Assembly (NCBI GenBank): GCA_022827685.1
Contig: JAJEIH010000047.1
Span: 16,536 to 80,535, forward strand
DNA: 64,000 bases
Reading direction: 5' to 3'
DNA from: Alphaproteobacteria bacterium
GTDB lineage: Bacteria > Pseudomonadota > Alphaproteobacteria > Bin95
Below are positions 21,184-29,318 of the stretch, in pieces (within the stretch, counting starts at the first letter, position 1; each line of letters opens with the position of its first letter). The position numbers and the translations under genes are program-made. The notes under the pieces were generated by a model that worked only from the letters and a program-made list of their open reading frames with translations, had not been told where the DNA came from and searched no databases.

Positions 21184-22527
21184 ATGCTTCGCACGATCAC
21201 CGGCCTCGCGGCCCTCTTCGTCCTGGCGGCATCGCCCGCCCATGCGGCGGTGGAAGGCGAGATCGCCTTCGTCTTCAACACCTTCTCCTTCCTGGTGCAC
21301 GGCTTCCTGGTCATGCTGATGGCGGCCGGCTTCGCCATGCTCGAATCAGGCCTCGTGCGCACCAAGAACACGGCGGCGATCTGCCTGAAGAACATCGCGC
21401 TCTACTCCATCGCCGGCATCATGTTCTACATCGTCGGCTACGCCGTGATGTACACGGATGTTGACGGCGGCTGGATCGGCGCGTTCGACTTCCTCTACAA
21501 TCCGTCCGAGGCCGAACTCGCGCTCCTCAACGCGGAGGAAGCGACGACCGGGCAGGTCGCGGCAGTGGTCGAGGGCGGCTACTCGGTCATGTCCGACTGG
21601 TTCTTCCAGATGGTGTTCGTGGCGACGGCCGCCTCCATCGTCTCGGGCACGCTCGCCGAGCGCATCCGCGTCCTGCCCTTCCTGATCTTCACGGTGCTGC
21701 TGTCGGCGCTGATCTACCCGATCCAGGCCTCCTGGGTCTGGGGCGGCGGCTGGCTCGCCGGGATGGGATTCAGCGATTTCGCCGGCTCGACGCTGGTGCA
21801 TTCCACCGGCGGCTGGGCCGCGCTCGCAGGCGCCATCGTGCTCGGCGCGCGCAAGGGCAAATACGGGCCCGAAGGGAGCATCAACCCCATGCCGGGCGCG
21901 AACCTGCCGCTGGCCACGCTCGGCACCTTCATCCTCTGGTTCGGCTGGTTCGGCTTCAATGGCGGCTCGCAGCTGGCGCTCGGCTCCGCCCTCGACGCGG
22001 TGGCGATCTCCATCGTCTATGTGAACACGAACCTCGCCGCCGCGGCGGGCGTGATCGCGGCCATGGCGACGAGCTATGTGCTGTACCGCAAGATCGACCT
22101 GACGCTGGCGCTGAACGGCGCCATCGCCGGCCTCGTCTCGATCACCGCCGGCCCCGACCTCCAGAACCATGTGCTGGCGCTCGTCATCGGCGGCATCGGC
22201 GGTGTGCTGGTGGTGTATGCGGTGCCGCTCCTCGACCGGCTGAAGGTCGATGATGTGGTGGGCGCGATTTCGGCCCATCTCGTCGCCGGAATCTGGGGCA
22301 CGCTCGCGGTCGGTATCTTCGGCGGCGGCGACTTCGTCACCCAGCTCATCGGCGTACTCGCCATCGGCGTCTTCGTCTTTGTCGTCTCGCTTGCAGCGTG
22401 GTTCGTCCTGAAGCTCGCACTGGGCATCCGGGCCTCGGAGGAGGCGGAGGACGACGGCCTCGACAAGAGCGAACTCGGCATGGAAGCCTATCCCGAGTTC
22501 GGCCGGGGCTCCTCGCCGCTCTTCTGA
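21184..22527 (+). CDS. amtB: Ammonium transporter AmtB
   Basis: 447 aa Amt/MEP family with a signal peptide and conserved LVHSTGGWAALAGAIVLGAR and WFGWFGFNGGS motifs. Confidence 0.9.
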   Translation: MLRTITGLAALFVLAASPAHAAVEGEIAFVFNTFSFLVHGFLVMLMAAGFAMLESGLVRTKNTAAICLKNIALYSIAGIMFYIVGYAVMYTDVDGGWIGAFDFLYNPSEAELALLNAEEATTGQVAAVVEGGYSVMSDWFFQMVFVATAASIVSGTLAERIRVLPFLIFTVLLSALIYPIQASWVWGGGWLAGMGFSDFAGSTLVHSTGGWAALAGAIVLGARKGKYGPEGSINPMPGANLPLATLGTFILWFGWFGFNGGSQLALGSALDAVAISIVYVNTNLAAAAGVIAAMATSYVLYRKIDLTLALNGAIAGLVSITAGPDLQNHVLALVIGGIGGVLVVYAVPLLDRLKVDDVVGAISAHLVAGIWGTLAVGIFGGGDFVTQLIGVLAIGVFVFVVSLAAWFVLKLALGIRASEEAEDDGLDKSELGMEAYPEFGRGSSPLF

Positions 22528-22546
22528 CGGCGGACGCCTTCCCGCA

Positions 22547-22582
22547 ACCGGCGGGCGCGCGGCGATCCGGGCCGCGCGCCCG
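22547..22582 (+). terminator. Candidate intrinsic terminator after amtB
   Basis: A perfect inverted repeat gcgggcgcgcgg-cgatccggg-ccgcgcgcccgc is followed by a T-rich tract (cttgcgttccgcattccgtttc). Confidence 0.45.
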
Positions 22583-22659
22583 CCTTGCGTTCCGCATTCC
22601 GTTTCAGCCGAGGATTGCATGGTAAACTGGGCGGGTCGGAAAAGCCGGATGGTCGTGTC

Positions 22660-23427
22660 ATGCGCAATCGGGGTGATGTCGTCGGCTTTGTTCTATCCTG
22701 CTGGCTGGCGGTGGCGCTTGCCTTGCCGTTGGCGGGCGCCGCCAATGCGGGCTCCATGCAAGAGGCGCAGGCGGCCTATGCCGAGGGACGGTTCACCGAT
22801 GCGGCCCGGATTGCGGAAAGCCTCGGAACCTCCCGGGGCTTCGCGCTGGCGGCGCAGTCTCTGACGGTCCACGGCTACTTCATTGCCGCCAGGGGCGAGA
22901 AGGAAGGGCTGTTCGAGCGCGCCCTGGGGCTCGCGCAAAAGGCGGTCCGCAGCGATCCCGGCAATGCGGACGCGCATATGCAACTCGCGCGCGCCACCGG
23001 ACGGCTCGCGCAGGTCATCGGCTCCCTGGAGGCGGCGGACAGGGGATATGTGGAGAAGATTCGCGAGGCGACGGAAGACGCGCTTCGGCTCGATCCCGAC
23101 ATGGCCTCGGCCCATGTCAGTCTCGCCCGGTGGCACACGGGAGTGGTCGGCAAGGTGGGATCGTTCCTGGCGCGCCTGACCTACGGCGCCCGCGAAAATG
23201 AGGCAGTCGCCTCGCTGGAGCGGGCCATGGAGCTTGCGCCCGATGCGAAGGACGTGCCGCTGCAATACGCGCTCGGCCTGCTGGAGCTTGACGAGGACGA
23301 ACATCGCGAGAGGGCGCGAAGCCTGCTGGAGCAGTCCGTCGCGATACCGGCGAAGGACGCCTTCGAGCGCCTGCTGGACAAGCTGGCGAAAGACCGCCTC
23401 AAGGCCCTGGAGGCGCCCGGCGGCTGA
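22660..23427 (+). CDS. Hypothetical secreted alpha-helical (TPR-like) protein
   Basis: The ATG at 22660 gives MRNRGDVVGFVLSCWLAVALALPLAGAANA, a signal peptide. The rest is helical-repeat-like. I could not assign a family. Confidence 0.6.
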   Translation: MRNRGDVVGFVLSCWLAVALALPLAGAANAGSMQEAQAAYAEGRFTDAARIAESLGTSRGFALAAQSLTVHGYFIAARGEKEGLFERALGLAQKAVRSDPGNADAHMQLARATGRLAQVIGSLEAADRGYVEKIREATEDALRLDPDMASAHVSLARWHTGVVGKVGSFLARLTYGARENEAVASLERAMELAPDAKDVPLQYALGLLELDEDEHRERARSLLEQSVAIPAKDAFERLLDKLAKDRLKALEAPGG

Positions 23428-23818
23428 CGGCCCCGGCGGGCGGACAGGCCCGCGCGGGCTTGACGAAGACGGCCTCCATCCCCAATACTGAGGTTGGCAA
23501 TTATTGGAGTTGGCAGTTCAACGACGAGGGCAACCGCAATCTTCGGGGATATGTTGAATTGCGGCTCGGTGGCGGCTCCGGTTCCGCCTATCGCAACGAC
23601 AGCTTCCCCCGCATCCCGGCCGTTACCATGAAACGCAACTTTCAGGCCCGGCTTATGTCCTGCTCGGTCGTTTCACCCGGCCGCAGCCTCCTTTTCGCCG
23701 CAGCCGCGCCGGCGCCGGTTGTTCGCCTGTTCCCTGTCCGCCGTCCGCTTGCGAAGGCGTCGCGCTGCAACCGCGCCGGCGCTGCGCCGCGGAGCCAGCT
23801 GCAAGGAGGCCATGGTCG

Positions 23819-25846
23819 ATGACCGCTGCCGCCGAATGCACGAAAATCCAGCCCTTGAGTTTGCCCGACGAACTCATCCTGATGCTCCTCAACGACCAGA
23901 CCGGATACTTCCACCAGGTTCCCGGCTGGAGATTGCAATGCGCCGTCGCCGGCGCCGTGCTTGCGGAACTTTCGCTCCTGTCCCGCATCGACACGGACAT
24001 GGAGTCGCTGGTCCTGCTGGACCCGACGGAAACCGGCGACCCCGCACTGGACCCGCTACTGAAGGAAATTGCCGACGAACCCGACCAAAGGAACGCCCGT
24101 TACTGGGTTGAACGGTTTGCGGGACAGGCGGAGACGGTCATCGATTTGACGCTGGACCGCCTCGTGGACCAGGAGATTCTGGAACACCACGCCGGCGATT
24201 TCTGGACGCTGACTCCGGCTCACTGGCTTGCGCACCAGCGCAGCGATGCGGAAAAGAGCACCGCAAGCCAGTTCATCAGGACGCGCATCAGCGAGGCCAT
24301 TTTCACCGACATGATTCCCGATCCCAGGGACGTGATCGTCATTTGCCTCGTCAACACCTGCGACGTCTTTCGCTTCATGTTCGAACTCAACGAGCACGCG
24401 GAAGAGCGGATCGGGCTCATCTGCAGGATGGACCTGATCGGCCGCTCCATAGCCGAGGCGGTCGAACAGAACATTGCCAGCCCGACGGGCCGCCCCTCGG
24501 CTCTGTCCCGGCGCATACCGCGGGTTCCGCTGCATCGTCTGCTGTTGAATCCGCATGCGCGCACCGGCCATCTTCCGGCGCTCTTTGCAGACCTCGCGAA
24601 AGAGTATGGCCCAGTGTTCCAGATAAAGCTGCCGACGGCCAAACCCAAGACCTTCCTTGCCGGGGCGTCGGTCAACCGTTGGGTACACAAGAGCGGGCGG
24701 ATGCACCTGAGGGCGGGGGGGTATTTCGCCGACTTCGAGAACGTCTTCGGCGCATCGGGCGTCTTGCCTTCGCTGGACGGCGGCGACCACTTCCGGCTTC
24801 GCAAGGCCATGTCGCCGGCCTATTCGCGCGAACGGCTGGCCGGCCAGCTTGACCAGCTGTTCCGCCTTGTCCGCAAGTTCATGGCGACCTGGACGGTCGG
24901 GGAGACCTACCAGGCAAGGTCCCTGTGCCGAGCCATGGTCAACGAGCAGATTTCGTCTCTCCATGTCGGGGTCGATACGCAGGACCTGATCGACGATCTG
25001 GTCACTTACAAGGAGCGCGCGCTCAGCGTCCATATCATAAAGATCATGCCCGAATTCACGCTGAAGACCCCGGGCATGAGACGCCGGGCGAAAGCCATTG
25101 ACGAGATGCTGGAACGGGTCCGGCGCGTTCACACACCCGCCCAGCGCGCCGGTTGCCCGCGGAACCTAGCAGACGACGTGCTGGGCCTGAATGTGAGCGA
25201 CCCGCAATTGGTGCCGGAATCGAATCTGCGATTCGCCCTGACGGCGACAGGGCTGACCAGCGTGTATTTCGGCGATATGCTGAGCTTCGCGATTTACGCC
25301 ATGATTTCGCAGCCTGAGATCCACGAAAGAATCCGAAGCGAGGCGGACGCCCTGTTCGACAACGGCGATCCGGACGGCGAGGCCTTTACCCTGGCCGCCA
25401 CCGATGTCACTCACCGCTTCCTTCAGGAATGTCTGCGCATGTACCCGGTCATCGCGATGTCCGTGCGCGATGTGGTGAACTCCTGTGTGGTCGAGGGGCA
25501 CGAATTACCGGTCGGGTCCCGGGTCTATATCGCCCAGACGGCCTCGCACTATATGGACGACGTGTTTCCCGACCCGTTCTCGTTCGATATCGACCGCTAC
25601 CTGCCTCCGCAGAGCGCGCACCGCAGTTTCGGATTTGCGCCGTACGGACTGGGCACGCATACCTGTCTCGGCATCCGGCAGGCGCTTCTGCAAATGACGG
25701 TCAACATGATGATGATCGCGCATTACTTCACGATATCGGCGTCTCCATCCGACTATGAGCTTCGGTTCAACCCGATTCCGTCGATGAAGCCGACGAAGAA
25801 GCTGAAATTCCACATCGCCGGGCAGAGGCGCGAATTGCCTGCCTGA
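23819..25846 (+). CDS. Fusion protein: N-terminal GPP34/GOLPH3-like domain (about aa 1-225) plus C-terminal cytochrome P450 (about aa 232-675)
   Basis: The N-terminus (LSLPDELILMLLNDQTGYF...LQCAVAGAVLAELSLLSRID...IPDPRDVIVICLVNTCDV) fits the GPP34 family. The C-terminus has P450 hallmarks: EYGPVFQI, ExxR (ECLRMYPV), PDPFSFDIDRY and the heme loop YGLGTHTCLG. It is a single uninterrupted frame. GC is about 59%, against about 67% for the surroundings. Confidence 0.8.
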   Translation: MTAAAECTKIQPLSLPDELILMLLNDQTGYFHQVPGWRLQCAVAGAVLAELSLLSRIDTDMESLVLLDPTETGDPALDPLLKEIADEPDQRNARYWVERFAGQAETVIDLTLDRLVDQEILEHHAGDFWTLTPAHWLAHQRSDAEKSTASQFIRTRISEAIFTDMIPDPRDVIVICLVNTCDVFRFMFELNEHAEERIGLICRMDLIGRSIAEAVEQNIASPTGRPSALSRRIPRVPLHRLLLNPHARTGHLPALFADLAKEYGPVFQIKLPTAKPKTFLAGASVNRWVHKSGRMHLRAGGYFADFENVFGASGVLPSLDGGDHFRLRKAMSPAYSRERLAGQLDQLFRLVRKFMATWTVGETYQARSLCRAMVNEQISSLHVGVDTQDLIDDLVTYKERALSVHIIKIMPEFTLKTPGMRRRAKAIDEMLERVRRVHTPAQRAGCPRNLADDVLGLNVSDPQLVPESNLRFALTATGLTSVYFGDMLSFAIYAMISQPEIHERIRSEADALFDNGDPDGEAFTLAATDVTHRFLQECLRMYPVIAMSVRDVVNSCVVEGHELPVGSRVYIAQTASHYMDDVFPDPFSFDIDRYLPPQSAHRSFGFAPYGLGTHTCLGIRQALLQMTVNMMMIAHYFTISASPSDYELRFNPIPSMKPTKKLKFHIAGQRRELPA

Positions 25847-25868
25847 CAGGCCCGGGCCGGCCCGCGCG

Positions 25869-26663
25869 CTACCGCGCGCGTTTCAGCGCCGTGCGGGTGA
25901 AGTCGCCGAGGTCGAGATCGGTCCCGAACTCGTAGCCCGACCAGTCCAGCACGGTGCTTTTTCCCGTGAGGTGGTTGGTCATCGTCACCTTGCTGCTTCG
26001 CCAGAAGCGGTCGAGATATTTGTTGTAGCCTTCCACGACCATCGTCTTGAGATGCGCATCCCTGCGGTCGAAGAACTGAATCTGCATTGTGCGCAGCTCC
26101 TCCCGGTCCATCCAGACCAGCTGGCGCGAGTATCCCGAGTCCGGGCCGACGGGGATACGTTCGGAGACAGTGCATTCGAGGTCGCCGCAAGGCTCGCTGC
26201 GCAGAAGCCGGTGGGTGAATTTCTCGACCTCGGGGGTGCCCAGGTCCTCGTAGGAGAACTCGCTGCCCATGAAGGAGCCCGACTGGTTGGAGGAGCTGAT
26301 GCGCTTGACCCGTTTCAGAGCGGGGAGATAGAGCCACTGGTCATCGGCCTCCTCCTTGTGGGCGTGGACGAGAAACGCCGTTCCCCTGACATCGCGCGGC
26401 CGGTCGAACACGAACAGCGTCCGGTCGCCGTCATTCTCCACCTCGATGACCTTCAGGCGGACTTCGCGCTTGCTCTCCTGGCCCCGCTTGTTGCGCAGCG
26501 TCATCGTCATGCCCGCAACGAAATTGCCGAACCCCTTCTGCCGTTCGCGGGCTTCCGTCGCGAGCTTAAGCCCCTGCTCCTCGGGGCTGTCGGCGGCGCG
26601 GCCGGCGGACGGCGCAACCGACCAGGCGAACGCGGCAAGCATGGCTATGGACAAGGCAAGCAT
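25869..26663 (-). CDS. LolA-like outer-membrane lipoprotein-sorting family protein (periplasmic partner of an RND/MMPL exporter)
   Basis: A signal peptide (MLALSIAMLAAFAWSVAPSAGRA) is followed by a beta-rich domain typical of the LolA-like family. It lies directly downstream of, and co-oriented with, the RND gene. Confidence 0.75.
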   Translation of the reverse strand: MLALSIAMLAAFAWSVAPSAGRAADSPEEQGLKLATEARERQKGFGNFVAGMTMTLRNKRGQESKREVRLKVIEVENDGDRTLFVFDRPRDVRGTAFLVHAHKEEADDQWLYLPALKRVKRISSSNQSGSFMGSEFSYEDLGTPEVEKFTHRLLRSEPCGDLECTVSERIPVGPDSGYSRQLVWMDREELRTMQIQFFDRRDAHLKTMVVEGYNKYLDRFWRSSKVTMTNHLTGKSTVLDWSGYEFGTDLDLGDFTRTALKRAR

Positions 26664-26759
26664 CGGATGGGGGAGAGAGACGCGAATCACCGTTTCCTCC
26701 TGTCGGCACGGCTGCCGGAAACTCTTTGCAGAAGATAGCACAATGCCCGCCGCGCGCGC

Positions 26760-29084
26760 CTATCCAGCCTCACGCCGCAACCGTTCCCTGATCTGCTCGC
26801 TCGTTTCCTTCGTCCCGTCGAGCACCATCAGCAGGGGCGGGAGGAACAGGAGGTCCGCCAGGAGGGCGATGATGACCGTCATGCCCGCCAGCAGGCCGAG
26901 CGCCTGGTTGGTCACCATGCCCGATGCGCCGAACACCATGAAGCCGAGGCCGAACACAACCGTCGTCGCCAGCAGCGCCTTGCCCACGGAGCGGAAGGCG
27001 GACTGCACGGATTCCGACGGCAGCAGCCCGTTCTTCCTGGCGGCTACATATTTGGTCATGAAGTGGATCGTGTCGTCCACGATGATGCCGAACGCGATCG
27101 CGGTAACCACCGAGGCCGCAATGCCGACCTCGCCCACCAGATAGCCCCAGAGGCCCATCGCCATGGCGGCCGGGACGAAATTGGGAATCAGGCTGATGAC
27201 GCCGAGCCGCACGCTCCTGAAGACGAGCAGCAGCAGCAGGGAGACGATGGCCATGGCGATGAAGGTGCCGAGCAGCATGCCCTCTATGTTTCTCTGGGTG
27301 GACCGGGCGCCGACGAGCGAGACCCCGGTGGCGCCGGTTTCCATGCCGGGAGCGTTCTGCCCGAGCCATGCCTGCGCGCGTTCGTCGAGCGCGAGCTTCT
27401 CGTCGCTGGAAAGGCTGCGCAGCACGACCGTCATGCGCGTGGACGACCGCCCGACATCGATGAGATTGTTGAGGTCGCGGCCGACGGGCAGCGAAAATTC
27501 GTAGAGCAGCAGATATTGCGCGGCGAGGTCGGAGTCGTTGGGAAGGATGTGGAACGCCGGGTCGTCGCCATGCAGGTTCCTGTTGAGCCGCTTCATGATG
27601 TCGGTGATGGCGAAGACATGCGCGGTTTCCGGTTGTGCCCGGTACCATTCGACGAACGCGTCCACCCGCTTCAGATAGTCGATATCCGTTATGCCGCCCT
27701 CGCGCCCGGCGCTCAGCGAATACTCATAGGTTTCCACACCGGTGAAATTCTCGCTGATGAAGTCCGTGGACCGGCGGAACTCGTAGCTCTCGTCGAGAAG
27801 CTCCAGCCAGTTCTCCTTGAGTTCGATCCGCGAGATGCCGGCGACGAGCACGACGACCAGGACGCCGAACCCGCCGAGCAGAACCGTGCGGCGGGAAACG
27901 ACGAACCGGCCCAAGCGGTCGAAAAGGTCGGATTCGCCTGCGCCTGCAGCACGGACGCGCAGGGGCATCGCCGACAGGACCACGGGCAGGAGCGTCACCG
28001 CATAGACGAACGCGCACAAGCTGCCGAACGCCACCATGTTGCCCATGACCCGGAAGGGCGGCATATCCGCGAAATTCAGGCTGAGGAATCCGATTGCCGT
28101 CGTGAGCGATGTCAGGAAGACCGGCCACAGATTGACCCGCAGCGACTGGATCACCGCCTGCCGCCGGTCCAGACCCCGGCGCAGGCCCGCCGCCACGCCC
28201 TCGAACATATGCACCGAATGCGCAACGGTGACCGCCATCAGCACGAACAGCGCCGCGCCGCTCTCGCCGAAGAACTTCATGCCGGTCCAGCCGATGAAGC
28301 CCATCGAGGAAGCCAGGACGGCAGCCAGCATGATGACGATGGCGAGCGTGCCCCACAGCGAGCGCAGCAGAATGACGGCGACGAGCAGCATCGTGCCGAG
28401 CGCCGCCGGCGCGAGGATGCCCATATCCTCGTCGATCGCATCGCGCATGGCGCGGTTGAGGACGAGCTCGCCGGTGAGGTGGTAGTCGATGGCCGCATGC
28501 TCTTCCCGGGATTCGACGGCCGTGGCGCGGAGGAAATCCGTCACCTCCGCCTTGGCCGATTGCCGGTCCGTGTCGGGAAGCGCGACGCTGACCACCAGGC
28601 CGGCGACGCGACCGTTGCGGGAGACGAAACGCCCGGCGATTTCCTCGGTGCCGAGCGCGATTTCTTCGATTCGCCCCAGGTCATCGTCGCTCAGCGACGC
28701 GGCGTCGCCGATGAGCGGCTCGACGATCAGCTCGTCCTCAAGGCCTTCGCTGTGCTGGTAGTTGGTTATCGAATCGACGCGGGTGACGTAGGGCGTCTGC
28801 CAGAGCCGGTCGGTCAGATCCTCGATGGCGGCAAGCGCCTCGCGCGTGAAGATCGTGCCCTCCCGCGGCGCGGCCACGACGAGCGCGGCGTCGGACAGGG
28901 CATAGGTTTCCTCCAGCCGGTCGAGCGCGACGATATGCGGGTCGTCATGGCCGAAATGGTTCCGGACATCGACATCGACCTCAACGACACGCGCCGCGCC
29001 TGCCGCCAGGACCAGCACGACCAGCAGGCTGACCAGAACGGTCAGCCATCGCCGGGCCATGACGAGCGCTATGCAGGCGTCCAT
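26760..29084 (-). CDS. RND-superfamily exporter, MMPL/HpnN-like (COG1033)
   Basis: About 774 aa with two 6-TM bundles, each followed by a large periplasmic loop. It carries conserved RND motifs (GIIVDDTIHFM; AFGSLCAFVYAVTLLPVVL). The start could be 29084 (MDAC...) or 29060 (MARRW...). The remainder of the 1229-aa ORF is antisense and rejected. Confidence 0.85.
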   Translation of the reverse strand: MDACIALVMARRWLTVLVSLLVVLVLAAGAARVVEVDVDVRNHFGHDDPHIVALDRLEETYALSDAALVVAAPREGTIFTREALAAIEDLTDRLWQTPYVTRVDSITNYQHSEGLEDELIVEPLIGDAASLSDDDLGRIEEIALGTEEIAGRFVSRNGRVAGLVVSVALPDTDRQSAKAEVTDFLRATAVESREEHAAIDYHLTGELVLNRAMRDAIDEDMGILAPAALGTMLLVAVILLRSLWGTLAIVIMLAAVLASSMGFIGWTGMKFFGESGAALFVLMAVTVAHSVHMFEGVAAGLRRGLDRRQAVIQSLRVNLWPVFLTSLTTAIGFLSLNFADMPPFRVMGNMVAFGSLCAFVYAVTLLPVVLSAMPLRVRAAGAGESDLFDRLGRFVVSRRTVLLGGFGVLVVVLVAGISRIELKENWLELLDESYEFRRSTDFISENFTGVETYEYSLSAGREGGITDIDYLKRVDAFVEWYRAQPETAHVFAITDIMKRLNRNLHGDDPAFHILPNDSDLAAQYLLLYEFSLPVGRDLNNLIDVGRSSTRMTVVLRSLSSDEKLALDERAQAWLGQNAPGMETGATGVSLVGARSTQRNIEGMLLGTFIAMAIVSLLLLLVFRSVRLGVISLIPNFVPAAMAMGLWGYLVGEVGIAASVVTAIAFGIIVDDTIHFMTKYVAARKNGLLPSESVQSAFRSVGKALLATTVVFGLGFMVFGASGMVTNQALGLLAGMTVIIALLADLLFLPPLLMVLDGTKETSEQIRERLRREAG

Positions 29085-29318
29085 GGTCAACGCCGCGGAC
29101 CGTCGAACCGGAAAACGGGAGAGGGAAGGACGCCCGCCGCGCAAGTAAACGGGCGGGCAAATCGGGCGAGGGAATCGGGTGCCGATTGCATGTCCGGCAT
29201 ATTGTCCCAGCCTCCGTCTCCATTGTCCATCCGCCTCCCGGAGCCGGCGACAATCCGGGTTCAAACCGGCAGGACTATGCTCTACCTTCGGGCGACTGTG
29301 CTTGGGGAAGCTGCGCAC

